64,000 nucleotides of DNA from an uncultured Thermodesulfobacteriota bacterium (GCA_964387595.1 CAYLYF010000001.1:18747-82746), one strand, 5' to 3'; positions 30,146 to 40,936 are shown, counted from the stretch's first letter. Notes: generated by a model from the letters alone, not told the origin. Made by a program: numbers and translations.

Positions 30146-31339
30146 TTATTCATCCTCAGGTTTAGGGCGTTTTATTGCAGAGGCAATGCCGTGAGCTGCA
30201 ATACCTGCTGCGGTAACTCCCAGAAGAGTGGCACCTATTTTGTCCACTGTTTTTTCACCGCCGCCGATGGTTTTTTCGGATATGGGTTTTTCAAAAGGCG
30301 ACATGGTGTCCCAGAAGCCCGGTTCGGTACAGCCCATGCAGCCGTGTCCAGCCTGTACCGGCCAGGATGTACCGTCATTAAATTTTATTTTACTGCAGTT
30401 TGCATAGGTGTAGGGACCCTTGCAGCCCATTTTATAAAGGCACCATGCCTTCTGTGCGCCGGCATCTCCCCATTCTTCAACAAATTCAGCTGCATCATAG
30501 TGGGCACGGCGTTCGCAGAAATCATGGATCCGTTTACCGTATGCCCATAAGGGCCTTCCCAGAGAATCTGCAGGCGGTAAAGATCCGAACAGAAGGAAAT
30601 GGAGCAGGGTTCCCACAAAGTTAGCCGGATTCGGAGGACAGCCCGGAATGTTTAAAGTTTTTATGCCGATGGCATCACTGATGCCTTTTGCATCGGTTGG
30701 ATTAGGCTTCGCCGCCTGAACACCGCCGTAAGAGGAACAGGTTCCGATACAGATGGTGGCAGCCGCTTTTGAAGTGACCTCTTTTGCGATTTCGAGCCCT
30801 GTTTTTCCTTTGGGACCCAGGGTCAGATATTTTCCGTTCATGCCAGTGGGAATGGCACCTTCAATAACACAGATAAATTTTCCTTCAAAATCATGCATGG
30901 CCTTTTCAAGGCATTCTTCTGCCTGATGTCCTGCGGCAGCCATGAGTGTTTCGTGATATTCAAGGGAGATGGTCTCAAGCAGGATATCATCTATGTTCGG
31001 GTAAGATGTCCGAAGCAGAGATTCGCTGCATCCGGTACATTCTGCAAAATGAAGCCATACCACAGGGAGACGGGAAAACTTTTCTGCTGCTTCGGCTACT
31101 TTTGAGCTGAATACCGGCGGAAGCATAAGTGCGGCAGTCATCAGAGAGGACCATTTTACGAAATCCCTCCGGGTGACGCCGTTTTCCTTAAGCGCTTCGT
31201 TCAGATCTTCTTTTGCCGGCGGTAATTCCGTGTTTATTTTTTCCAGATTAAGATTGCAGCGTTCCATTAGATCCTGGTACTGCCTGGAAAGGTTGTCTTT
31301 TCCATCGCTCTTCTTGTAGCCCATACTGATTCCTTTCAA
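30146..31339 (-). CDS. [NiFe] hydrogenase small subunit with Tat signal
   Basis: Twin-arginine RRDFVK. FeS-cluster Cys pattern. C-terminal TM anchor. Confidence 0.9.
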   Translation of the reverse strand: MKGISMGYKKSDGKDNLSRQYQDLMERCNLNLEKINTELPPAKEDLNEALKENGVTRRDFVKWSSLMTAALMLPPVFSSKVAEAAEKFSRLPVVWLHFAECTGCSESLLRTSYPNIDDILLETISLEYHETLMAAAGHQAEECLEKAMHDFEGKFICVIEGAIPTGMNGKYLTLGPKGKTGLEIAKEVTSKAAATICIGTCSSYGGVQAAKPNPTDAKGISDAIGIKTLNIPGCPPNPANFVGTLLHFLLFGSLPPADSLGRPLWAYGKRIHDFCERRAHYDAAEFVEEWGDAGAQKAWCLYKMGCKGPYTYANCSKIKFNDGTSWPVQAGHGCMGCTEPGFWDTMSPFEKPISEKTIGGGEKTVDKIGATLLGVTAAGIAAHGIASAIKRPKPEDE

Positions 31340-31822
31340 ACTTTATCAATTAAGGGTTGTCTTAAATATCTCTAGTAAAAAAAACGCAAAAACGTTTTAC
31401 TTTCCTTGAAAACGCTGTTACCACTCTTTTTGAAGGTAAAAATTTGAAAAATTGTACATTAATAAAAAAGGTATGACAAGCCGCAATTATGTCTTAAGCC
31501 AAAGTAAATTGTCATCTTAACTGCTTTGCGACAATGTCATTTAAAGTGTATTTTGGCGTATGCAAAAAATAGAATGTTATTTAATGTATTTTAAAAAAAT
31601 AAAAAAATGGATGTTTTGAAAATAAAAGGACGGGGTATTGTTTTTAGATTTTTTTTAACCTTAAAGTCATTCTATGTTAACTATCCTTCTTAACAAAGAG
31701 CCCGGCGGTATGTGGCTGGAATTAGTGCAAGAATTACCTTAGATATCCTGTTGCTGAGGGATATCTAAGAAGGGTTTCTGGAGAGAGAATAACAGATGTG
31801 AAAGGTTAAGTTGTAAAAAGGG

Positions 31823-32299
31823 CTATTTTTTTTCCTGTTCCCGTGCTGCCAGCCGGTTCTTTCTCCGGGTCTGGGCCTGGCTGTTTCGCTGCTTTCCATC
31901 TTCTGTCTCAAAGATAAGTGGCGGGATCTGAGTGGGTCTGCCGGCTTTGTCCAGAGCGACAAAGGTAAGATAGGCAGAGGCATTGTGTCTGACCTCTCCG
32001 GTCAGCAGGTTTTCAGATTCTATCCTGACTCCGATCTCCATGGAGGATTTCGCAGTGAGGTTGATGCTTGCTTTAAGGGTCAGAAGGTCGCCCACAAAAA
32101 CCGGATAGTGAAATACCAGACTGTCAATGGATGCGGTGACAGAGTTATTTCGGCTGTGTCTGAAGGCAACAATGCCGGCTGTTTCATCAACATGTTTCAT
32201 GATGATGCCGCCGTGGACATTTCCAGCAGGGTTCGCATCTTCCGGCATCATTATTTTGGATGTGGTTATAGCGCTGTCTTTTACTTTTTTGCTTTCCAT
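31823..32299 (-). CDS. acyl-CoA thioesterase (hotdog fold, YciA-like)
   Basis: Motif GNVHGGIIMKHVDETAGIVA. The start may be an internal Met. Confidence 0.7.
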   Translation of the reverse strand: MESKKVKDSAITTSKIMMPEDANPAGNVHGGIIMKHVDETAGIVAFRHSRNNSVTASIDSLVFHYPVFVGDLLTLKASINLTAKSSMEIGVRIESENLLTGEVRHNASAYLTFVALDKAGRPTQIPPLIFETEDGKQRNSQAQTRRKNRLAAREQEKK

Positions 32300-32405
32300 C
32301 GGTTAACTCCTTAAGCCCTTTATGCTGGCGTTATGACCTCTGTTTTTATCGGAAAAATTTGAGGTTTTTTGTTTTGTCATATTTTTATGATTTTTTACGG
32401 CTGTA

Positions 32406-34010
32406 TTATCTATAACGTATTCTGTTCTCTTTTGTCAGTGAGAGACTGGACAGGCTGTTTAGTCTGTTTTCAACAATACTTCGCAGGGTAATATATGTCG
32501 ACATTTTTTTTTGGTTCTTAAATATGAAATATTTGTCACCGCCGGATGCCAGAAATGAATTTATAGCAACTTTATAGGATCTTTCAGAAATAAGTGGTTC
32601 ATATCCCCGGTTAGGGTCAAGAATTTTTATATTTGATACCCGTTTCCCCTTGTTGATGATTTTTAATTCACCGGTTGTTTTATCTTTTTTTATTTTAAAA
32701 GAGTTCTTGTTTGTATCCACATCAAAACGAAGCCCTGAGACCTGGAGAAAACCGCCGTATTCTAAAGGAAGAAAAGAGACGCTCTGTTCAAGGATCTGTT
32801 TTATTTCATACCCCTTAAGCGAAAGTATGGAAATCTGGTTTTCAAAAGGAAGCATGGTATCAATATCTTCAGTTGTAATATTTCCGGGAGGTATTATCCT
32901 TTCTCCTCTTATTCCGCCGCTGTTTTGAAAGGCAACGTCTACGTTAAAATGTTCTCTGATTATGTCAGCTATCATGTTTCCGGCTGCTGCTTCCCGTGTC
33001 CTCAGGGTCTCTCCTCTGCAGTCCAGTGCTTTTTTTAAAATGGTTAAAACTTTTCCTTCGGGAAGATCTTTATTGTAGGATGTTATAAGGTCAAGCGCTT
33101 TTTTATCCTGCCTTATCTTTGAGGTGACCCTGATCGGTTCCCATAAGTGACTTATGATGTTTCCCTTTTCTACGACCATACTCAGCAGACCCAGATATTC
33201 ACCTCGTGCCCCGGCATGGGTTATTATTGTCTTTCGGCCGTCTGCATGGTTAATAACCGTTTCTTTTTCTTTTTCCATCAGATCATGTGAATGCCCCCCG
33301 CAGATCAGGTCGATCTCCGGTACTTGACCGGCAAGCTTAATATCTTCTTCAAGGCCGAGATGGGTTAAGGCCACGATCAGGTCCGGGGATTCTTTCTGCT
33401 TCAGACTTCTGATCATATTAACTGCCGATCCTGCGATGTCAGGATCAACAGCAACATTATTGCCGGCGTTTGAGATAAAGCTAAGGTCTGGGGTCATCAG
33501 ACCGATGACACCGATTTTTATACCGTTTCTGTTAATGATCTTAAATCTTTCAAAGCTGTTTTTTAAAGAACTGTTGTCTATGGTCTCAAGGTTTGATTCA
33601 ACAATCGGGAAACTGCAATATTTTAACGCATTGGAGAGTGCTTCCACTCCCCTGTCAAACTCGTGGTTTCCAAGGGTGGCCGAATCTATCCCGAGCAGGG
33701 ACATGGCTGAAAAGATGGCCTCACCCTTAAACCGGAGAAAGTATTTGCCGGTCAGGCTGTCTCCCGAAGAAAATAAAACGGTTTTTTGCTTGTTCAGTTT
33801 TTTTATTGTTTTAACAACAGAGGCGATGCGGGTTATCCCGCCGGCGTTTGAAGTGCCATTATCTTTTTCAGCGGCAAAAGGTTCCAGCTGACCGTGGAGG
33901 TCTGAGGTCGTCAGAATAATAAGCTCTCTCGGTTCAGCCCGGGAAGAAACTGCAATCAGGAGAATGACAAAAAAGAAGAAAAATGATTTTATCAGGCTGT
34001 TTTTTTTCAT
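32406..34010 (-). CDS. secreted bifunctional metallophosphatase/5'-nucleotidase (UshA-like)
   Basis: Signal peptide. DLHG, GNHEFD and GGHSH motifs. C-terminal 5'-nucleotidase domain. Confidence 0.8.
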   Translation of the reverse strand: MKKNSLIKSFFFFFVILLIAVSSRAEPRELIILTTSDLHGQLEPFAAEKDNGTSNAGGITRIASVVKTIKKLNKQKTVLFSSGDSLTGKYFLRFKGEAIFSAMSLLGIDSATLGNHEFDRGVEALSNALKYCSFPIVESNLETIDNSSLKNSFERFKIINRNGIKIGVIGLMTPDLSFISNAGNNVAVDPDIAGSAVNMIRSLKQKESPDLIVALTHLGLEEDIKLAGQVPEIDLICGGHSHDLMEKEKETVINHADGRKTIITHAGARGEYLGLLSMVVEKGNIISHLWEPIRVTSKIRQDKKALDLITSYNKDLPEGKVLTILKKALDCRGETLRTREAAAGNMIADIIREHFNVDVAFQNSGGIRGERIIPPGNITTEDIDTMLPFENQISILSLKGYEIKQILEQSVSFLPLEYGGFLQVSGLRFDVDTNKNSFKIKKDKTTGELKIINKGKRVSNIKILDPNRGYEPLISERSYKVAINSFLASGGDKYFIFKNQKKMSTYITLRSIVENRLNSLSSLSLTKENRIRYR

Positions 34011-34306
34011 GATTTAAAATCTGTGCGGGTTATCAGTCTGCAACAGTGATAATATTACGTAATTTTATAAAATTTACAAGTTAAATCAATATATTATCTT
34101 ATAGCCTTTTGAAATATTGTGAACTCTCTTGGAATTTATAGGTCGTTTTTTCTATTTTCGTAAATTTAACTAAAAAAACAAATCAGTGCTAAGTAAAGCT
34201 TGATTTTTGAATTTTTTATGCAATAATTTGACCAAAACGTGTTTATGTGCCTTTTTAAAAGTTTTTTTAGTTTAATCATAAATAAAAAATTTAATGGGAT
34301 AGTATT

Positions 34307-35596
34307 ATGCTTATTGAATTCAGTGTAAAAAATTATCGTTCGATCCGGGATAAACAGACATTCAGTATGGCTGCCGGTTCTGCAAAAGAAATGTTTGACG
34401 AGAATACCTTTAATTCCGGTATTGCACGGCTTCCGAATCTGCTTAAATTAGCTGTCGTCTATGGCCCGAATGCAGCGGGTAAAAGCAATTTTGTGAAAGC
34501 AATTCAATTTATGCGTCAGTTTGTTAAATTGTCGTCAAAAGATTCTCAGCAGGGAGAACGGATTGAAGTCATTCCTTTCCTTTTTGATAAAGAGAATCGT
34601 TCCGTACCGAGTGAGTTTGAAGTTGTTTTTGTACAGGAGCAGGTTCGCTATCAGTATGGATTTTCTGTCACCTCTCAAAATGTAACTGCCGAATGGCTTA
34701 TTGCCTACCCTCAGGGGAAACCACAGCGGTGGTTTGAACGTATGTATAACCCTGAAACCGGTAAAACGAAGTGGCACTTCAGTCCAAAGTTTACGGGTAA
34801 ACGAGAGGTTTGGAAAGAAGCCACCCGTACGAATGCTCTGTTTCTGTCAACGGCAATTCAGTTGAATAACCAACAGCTTAAGCCGGTTTTCGACTGGTTC
34901 AATGTTGTGTTAAGAATTATGCCACCTATCGCCCAAGAAGATTTGAACATTAAATATACTTTTAAGAAATGTGAAACCGGGGAAGGTAAAAAAAATGTTT
35001 TAGACTTTATGAACGCAGCAGATATCACCATTGCTGACATTGAGGTAAATACCGAACCTCTAATGCCGGAGAAACTTCCGGACGACATGCCTCAAGATAT
35101 GAAAGATGCTTTTCTTAAGATGATTGAGGGTGCAGATAAAGAACCGAAGCTTACTTCCTGTAAAATGCACCACAAAACTGGAGCTGCCGATGAAAGAGTC
35201 ACTCTTGATCTTGGTGAGGAATCGGATGGTACGAAAAAACTGTTTTCCTTGGCGGGTGTTTGGATGCATTTACTTTCTGAGGGACTTATCCTTGTAGTTG
35301 ATGAGCTTGATAACAGTTTGCATCCGTTATTGTTAAGATTTTTGGTAAAACTTTTGCAGAATCCCGAAGTAAATAAGAATAATGCGCAGTTGATCGTTGC
35401 TACTCATAATACGGCTTTGCTTGACAGTGAAATTTTACGGCGTGACCAGGTCTGGTTTATGGAAAGGGATGATTCAAGTGCAAGCAGGCTTTATCCACTT
35501 TCTGATTTTTCTCCGCGCAAAAACGAGGCAATCGGTAAGGGCTATCTCCAGGGCCGGTACGGGGCTGTGCCTTTCATCGGACAGTGGGTATTTTAA
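34307..35596 (+). CDS. AAA family ATPase (AAA_21/ABC-like, AbiLi/RloA-type)
   Basis: 429 aa. Walker A GPNAAGKSN. C-terminal ATHN His-loop. Overlaps the downstream gene by 13 bp. Confidence 0.8.
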   Translation: MLIEFSVKNYRSIRDKQTFSMAAGSAKEMFDENTFNSGIARLPNLLKLAVVYGPNAAGKSNFVKAIQFMRQFVKLSSKDSQQGERIEVIPFLFDKENRSVPSEFEVVFVQEQVRYQYGFSVTSQNVTAEWLIAYPQGKPQRWFERMYNPETGKTKWHFSPKFTGKREVWKEATRTNALFLSTAIQLNNQQLKPVFDWFNVVLRIMPPIAQEDLNIKYTFKKCETGEGKKNVLDFMNAADITIADIEVNTEPLMPEKLPDDMPQDMKDAFLKMIEGADKEPKLTSCKMHHKTGAADERVTLDLGEESDGTKKLFSLAGVWMHLLSEGLILVVDELDNSLHPLLLRFLVKLLQNPEVNKNNAQLIVATHNTALLDSEILRRDQVWFMERDDSSASRLYPLSDFSPRKNEAIGKGYLQGRYGAVPFIGQWVF

Positions 35597-36279
35597 TGGG
35601 GACCGACGACCTCTTCCACAAAAAACGAGAGCGTGGTATTCGTGATTTGAAGCGTAAAAGAGCGTTGCGTTCTCCTTATGGCAGGGTTCTAATTGTTTGT
35701 GAAGGCAAAAAAACTGAGCCGAATTATTTCAGGGAGCTTATTCGGGATAAAAAATTGAATACGGCAAAGGTTAAGGTGGAAGATAATAAACAAGGGTCTG
35801 ATCCAATGAGTGTTGTCAAATATGCACTGGCTTTGTATAAGAAGGATTCCGAATATGATCGGATCTTCTGTGTTTTTGACAGGGACCGTCACACGACTTA
35901 TGATGCTGCTCTGGATAAAATCAGGCAGCATCGTTTTGGAAAATCTGGAAAGCTTGCAGCTGTTACCTCGGTGCCATGTTTTGAGTTTTGGCTGTTGTTA
36001 CACTATGAGTATACAGCCAGACCTTTTGGCCAGGGTGTTGGTTTAAGACAGTCATCTTGTGAAGCTGTTATGACACGCCTTGAAAAATTTCTTCCCGGGT
36101 ACAAAAAAGCTGATCAGGGCATTTATGATAAAATCAAAAACAAAATAACCGATGCGATAAAACATGCCGAACAGCTTGAATCTGCTAGCCGTACCAGCGG
36201 CGCAACTGATCCCTCAACAGAAGTTCATAAACTTGTACAATGTTTATTTGATCTGGGAAAGGTTGAATCGGTGGCTTGA
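35584..36279 (+). CDS. RloB-like protein (AbiLii-type partner)
   Basis: 231 aa. VLIVCEGKKTEPNYF is the hallmark N-terminal RloB motif. Confidence 0.8.
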   Translation: MGILMGTDDLFHKKRERGIRDLKRKRALRSPYGRVLIVCEGKKTEPNYFRELIRDKKLNTAKVKVEDNKQGSDPMSVVKYALALYKKDSEYDRIFCVFDRDRHTTYDAALDKIRQHRFGKSGKLAAVTSVPCFEFWLLLHYEYTARPFGQGVGLRQSSCEAVMTRLEKFLPGYKKADQGIYDKIKNKITDAIKHAEQLESASRTSGATDPSTEVHKLVQCLFDLGKVESVA

Positions 36280-36373
36280 TGTTTTTATGAGCATTTTGCA
36301 ATGAAAACCAGCTAATATGTTCAGGTTAGTCTAAAAAAGAGTATCAATAATTATGTATCCTGTCCCTGAATTT

Positions 36374-37405
36374 TTATTCCGGCTGTGCGATGGTTCTGCC
36401 TGCAGCTTTTGCAAAGCCCGACAGATTTTTCATCATTCTTTCAAACTTTTCCGGTTTTAAAGACTGCAGTCCGTCGCTTTCCGCGTGGTCCGGATGGGGA
36501 TGAACCTCGATCATCAGGCCGTCTGCGCCGGCTGCCACAGCAGCGTTTGCCATGGGTTCGATATATTTCCAGTGTCCGGTAGCATGGCTGGGATCGATGA
36601 TAACCGGCAAATGGGTCATCTGACGGAGTACGGGTATGCAGCTGATATCCAGTGTGTTTCGGGTTGCGGTCTCAAAGGTTCGGATTCCTCTTTCACATAG
36701 AATGACGTTCGGGTTTCCGGATGAAATAATATATTCCGCCGACATCAGGAACTCTTCTATGGTGGTCATCATGCCGCGTTTTAAAAGAATGGGCTTGTCT
36801 GCTTTCCCAACTTCTTTTAAAAGTGCAAAGTTCTGGATATTTCTGGCGCCGACCTGGAGGACATCCGTATATTTGCAGATCAAATCAAGGTCGGCGGGCT
36901 TTAATATTTCAGTAACAATGGGAAGGCCGGTCTCTTCTTTGGCTTTTTGGAGAAGGACGAGGCCTTCTTCTTCCATGCCCTGAAAACTGTAGGGGGAAGT
37001 CCTGGGTTTAAAGGCCCCGCCTCTCAGCATGGTTGCGCCTGCTTTTTTGACCGCTTTTGCCGTTTCGATGATCTGTTCTTCCCCTTCTACAGAACAGGGG
37101 CCGGCCATAACAATGACTTCATTTCCGCCGATTTTCACTTTTCCGTTTACGGAAATAATGCTTTTATCAGGTTTTACTTCCAGACTTGCAAGTTTATAGG
37201 GTTTGAGTATCGGGACCACATTTTCGACCCCGGGAAGGTTTTCCATGGCCTGGAGCTTGTCTTTTCCCCTGTCGCTTCCCACTGCGCCGATAACCGTTCT
37301 TTCTTCGCCTTTGATGATATGAGCCTGATATCCGAGAGATTCAATGGTATCTTTTATTTCCTGGAAATCTTTTTGCGAGATGTCTTTTTTGAGGATAATA
37401 ATCAT
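36374..37405 (-). CDS. aroF: 3-deoxy-7-phosphoheptulonate (DAHP) synthase, type I-beta, with N-terminal ACT-like regulatory domain
   Basis: 343 aa. KDO8P/DAHP synthase core (GPCSVE... [12 protein letters not shown]). Confidence 0.85.
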   Translation of the reverse strand: MIIILKKDISQKDFQEIKDTIESLGYQAHIIKGEERTVIGAVGSDRGKDKLQAMENLPGVENVVPILKPYKLASLEVKPDKSIISVNGKVKIGGNEVIVMAGPCSVEGEEQIIETAKAVKKAGATMLRGGAFKPRTSPYSFQGMEEEGLVLLQKAKEETGLPIVTEILKPADLDLICKYTDVLQVGARNIQNFALLKEVGKADKPILLKRGMMTTIEEFLMSAEYIISSGNPNVILCERGIRTFETATRNTLDISCIPVLRQMTHLPVIIDPSHATGHWKYIEPMANAAVAAGADGLMIEVHPHPDHAESDGLQSLKPEKFERMMKNLSGFAKAAGRTIAQPE

Positions 37406-37638
37406 TTTTGTTCTCCAGTCTTATTTTTAGGCATAGTTTCTTGATGACCCTTACTCTTTATAGTGTTTTTTTTCACTTTTTTGCAAGTATATTTATAACT
37501 GTTTGAGAGTCGGGGTGTTTATTCTATTGTAGGGGTTTTCCTTGACTTTCTTGTGCTATATGGTATTTTCATCTACTTGTTTAAAGAGAGTTTTTTGTTT
37601 AATAAAAAGCTTTAATTATTGTTTTTTTGGAGAATTAG

Positions 37639-40431
37639 ATGGATTACAAAGATAGTATCAATTTGCCGAAAACAGCATTTAAGATGAAGGCCAGCCTTCC
37701 GCAAAAAGAACCTCAACGTTTGGAACTCTGGGAGGAAATGGGACTGTATGAGAAGATAAAGTCTTCAAGGAAAGATGCTGAAAGATTTATTCTTCATGAC
37801 GGCCCCCCCTATGCGAATGGAAATATTCATATCGGGCATGCTTTAAACAAGATATTAAAAGATATTATTATCAAGTGCAAGACTATGGAAGGGTTCGGTA
37901 CGCTCTATGTTCCTGGATGGGACTGTCATGGTTTGCCCATTGAGATTAATGTGGAAAAACAGCTGGGTAAGAAAAAGCTCAGTATGTCAAAAGTCGAGAT
38001 CCGGGAAACCTGCCGTGAATATGCCAGAAAGTTTGTGGATATTCAAAAAGAGGAATTTAAAAGACTGGGCGTTCTGGGGGAGTGGGATGAGCCGTATTTG
38101 ACCACGAATTCTGTATATACCTCAACTATTGTGCGTGAGTTTGGTAAATTTGCAGATTCTGGCAACCTTTTTAAACAGAAAAAACCCATCCAGTGGTGTT
38201 CTTCATGCCGGACCGCTTTGGCTGAGGCTGAAGTGGAATACAGGGATCATAAGTCTCCTTCTGTTTATGTTAAATTTGAAATGGTTTCGGATATTGGTGC
38301 AAAGATTCCGGCACTTCAGGGCAAAAAAGTGTCTATGCTGATCTGGACCACAACGCCGTGGACTCTTCCGGCAAATCTTGCTATTTGTCTGCATTCTGAT
38401 TTTGAATATGTCGCAGTTCAGGCTGGTGAGGATATTCTTATTCTGGCTGAAGGTCTTTTAAACCAGACCATGCAGACCTGCGGGATCGAGGGGTTTGAGA
38501 TTATTGAAAAGTTTAAGGGCAGTGTGCTTGAAAACATGAAATGCAGGCACCCTCTTTATGACCGGGAATCCCTGATTATACTTGGACACCACGTTACTCT
38601 TGAGGCTGGAACAGGGTGTGTACATACGGCTCCAGGTCATGGTCTTGAGGATTATATCGTAGGCATGAAGTACGGCCTTGATATTTATACGCCGGTTGAT
38701 GATTTTGGAAAATTTACTGATGATGTTGAGTTTTTCGCCGGACAGTTTGTGTTTGATGCGAATAAGGTCATCAATGAGGCTTTGCTTGAAAAAGGCGCGC
38801 TCTTAAAAGAGGAAGAGATCTCTCATTCCTATCCGCATTGCTGGAGATGTAAAAAACCGGTTATTTTCAGGGCAACAGAGCAGTGGTTTATCTCCATGGG
38901 GAAAAATGACCTTCAGAAAAAGGCGCTTGAGATTATTGATGAGGTAGAATGGATTCCTCCTTGGGGTAAAGAAAGAATCCAGGGAATGGTTGGAAATAGA
39001 CCGGATTGGTGTATCTCAAGACAAAGGTCCTGGGGCGTTCCGATTGTTGCATTTTACTGCAAAGACTGTGGAGAGGTTCTTCTTTCAAGCGAGATCATTA
39101 ATTATGTGGCAGACCTGTTTGAAAAAGAGAGCAGTGATATCTGGTTTTCCCGTGATGCTTTGGAACTTCTTCCCGAAGGGACGACATGTGCCTCATGCGG
39201 CAAAAATGATTTTGAAAAAGAAACAGATATTCTGGATGTCTGGTTTGATTCCGGTGTGAGTCATGCAGCTGTTCTTGAAACAAGAGACGGGCTTGAAAGC
39301 CCCTGTGACCTGTATCTTGAGGGAAGCGATCAGCATAGAGGCTGGTTTCAGAGTGCACTGTTGACCTCGGTGGGCACGCGCGGTAGAGCGCCTTTTAAGT
39401 CTGTTTTAACCCATGGTTTTGTTGTTGACGGCAAGGGCCGGAAAATGGCCAAGTCAGAAGGCAATGTGATTGCTCCAGAAAAGATAATTAAGCAGTATGG
39501 TGCTGAGATCATAAGACTTTGGGTTGCTTCTGAAAACTATCATGACGATATGCGGATATCCCAGGATATCTTGCAGCGGATGTCTGAGGCGTATAGAAAA
39601 ATAAGGAATACCTGCCGGTTTGTCCTCGGTAATATTGGTGATTTTGATCCTGGAAAAGACATGGTGCCCCTGGAAGATTTACAGGAAATAGACAAATGGG
39701 CACTTCACCGGCTTAATGTCCTGGTTGAAAAAGTAAGAACAGCATATGACAAATATGAATTTCATACCGTGTATCATTCTGTGACAAATTTTTGTATTAC
39801 CGACATGAGTTCAGTATATCTTGATATTTTAAAAGACAGACTTTACTGTTCCTCTCCATCCGAGCCTTTAAGAAGAACGGCTCAGACAACCCTTTATATT
39901 ATTCTGAGAGATATGGTTAAGCTTCTGGCCCCGGTTCTTTCATTTACGGCTGAAGAAGTCTGGGGGTTTATCCCCGGGGAAAAAGAGGAAAGTGTTCATC
40001 TTTCGGTTTTCCCGTCCGTTAACAAAGACTTTGAAAACGAGGAGGTCGCAAAGCGCTGGGAGGTGGTGCTTAAGGTCAGGGATGCAGTTCTCAAAAGCCT
40101 GGAGGAGGCGCGGGTCAGTAAAGTTATCGGAAACTCCCTGGAAGCTTCTGTTACACTTGAAACGTCACAAAAACTTTATGATCTTTTGCAGCAGTACAAA
40201 GAAGAATTGGCAGATATATTCATTGTGTCGAATGCTGAACTTGTATTGAAAGAGGATAGTGCCGGCCCGTCTGTTTTAGAAGCAGCAGAAAACGTATCTG
40301 TTTCTGTTGTCCGGGCAGAGGGTGAAAAGTGTGAGCGGTGCTGGAAATACTTTAAAGATTCACAGGAACCGAAACAGGCTGTTTGCAGCCGCTGCAGGGA
40401 GGCGTTGAAATCCTACGATGCTGTCGATTAA
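37639..40431 (+). CDS. ileS: isoleucine--tRNA ligase
   Basis: 930 aa. HIGH (PYANGNIHIGH) and KMSKS (KMAKSEGN) motifs. C-terminal Zn-binding Cys. Confidence 0.95.
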   Translation: MDYKDSINLPKTAFKMKASLPQKEPQRLELWEEMGLYEKIKSSRKDAERFILHDGPPYANGNIHIGHALNKILKDIIIKCKTMEGFGTLYVPGWDCHGLPIEINVEKQLGKKKLSMSKVEIRETCREYARKFVDIQKEEFKRLGVLGEWDEPYLTTNSVYTSTIVREFGKFADSGNLFKQKKPIQWCSSCRTALAEAEVEYRDHKSPSVYVKFEMVSDIGAKIPALQGKKVSMLIWTTTPWTLPANLAICLHSDFEYVAVQAGEDILILAEGLLNQTMQTCGIEGFEIIEKFKGSVLENMKCRHPLYDRESLIILGHHVTLEAGTGCVHTAPGHGLEDYIVGMKYGLDIYTPVDDFGKFTDDVEFFAGQFVFDANKVINEALLEKGALLKEEEISHSYPHCWRCKKPVIFRATEQWFISMGKNDLQKKALEIIDEVEWIPPWGKERIQGMVGNRPDWCISRQRSWGVPIVAFYCKDCGEVLLSSEIINYVADLFEKESSDIWFSRDALELLPEGTTCASCGKNDFEKETDILDVWFDSGVSHAAVLETRDGLESPCDLYLEGSDQHRGWFQSALLTSVGTRGRAPFKSVLTHGFVVDGKGRKMAKSEGNVIAPEKIIKQYGAEIIRLWVASENYHDDMRISQDILQRMSEAYRKIRNTCRFVLGNIGDFDPGKDMVPLEDLQEIDKWALHRLNVLVEKVRTAYDKYEFHTVYHSVTNFCITDMSSVYLDILKDRLYCSSPSEPLRRTAQTTLYIILRDMVKLLAPVLSFTAEEVWGFIPGEKEESVHLSVFPSVNKDFENEEVAKRWEVVLKVRDAVLKSLEEARVSKVIGNSLEASVTLETSQKLYDLLQQYKEELADIFIVSNAELVLKEDSAGPSVLEAAENVSVSVVRAEGEKCERCWKYFKDSQEPKQAVCSRCREALKSYDAVD

Positions 40432-40936
40432 AAAAAAATGTTTCTCATTGTTTCTGGTCTCATTCCTGATCGTTGGACTGGACCAGATCACAAAATATCT
40501 TATTTGCAGACTCGTCCCTCTTTATTCAAGGGTCGAGGTCATTGACGGTTTTTTTAATATTATCCATATTAGGAACTCCGGAGTTGCTTTTGGTCTTTTC
40601 AAGAGTTTCGGCAGTCAGTACAGACTGATTTCTATGCTGGTCGTTGCTGCTATCGCTGTTTGTTTGATAATTTTTCTTATTTCTCAGCTTAAAGCGGGTT
40701 TGAAACTCCAGGCTTTCAGCCTGTCTTTGATCCTGGGCGGAGCCATCGGGAACCTGATTGACCGTTTGTTGATCGGGGAAGTCATTGATTTTATGGATAT
40801 CCACTGGGGCTCTGTGTATCATTGGCCCGCATTTAATCTGGCAGACTCCGCGATCACGGTGGGCATAATATTTATTATCTTAGACGAGCTTTTTCTAAGC
40901 AGAAAGAGGGAAAAAGAAGAAGCTTCCCGCGCATAG
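40418..40936 (+). CDS. lspA: lipoprotein signal peptidase II
   Basis: 172 aa. Conserved NSGVAFG and FNLADS motifs. Classic ileS-lspA pairing. Confidence 0.85.
   Translation: MLSIKKKCFSLFLVSFLIVGLDQITKYLICRLVPLYSRVEVIDGFFNIIHIRNSGVAFGLFKSFGSQYRLISMLVVAAIAVCLIIFLISQLKAGLKLQAFSLSLILGGAIGNLIDRLLIGEVIDFMDIHWGSVYHWPAFNLADSAITVGIIFIILDELFLSRKREKEEASRA

Noticed and set aside
31765-31983. 72-aa minus-strand ORF overlapping the thioesterase 3' end
   Set aside because: It overlaps a better-supported CDS and has no recognisable domain.
37406-37638. ileS leader checked for a T-box riboswitch
   Set aside because: No T-box consensus (AGGGTGGNACCGCG) or specifier/antiterminator architecture. T-boxes are also not expected in this lineage.
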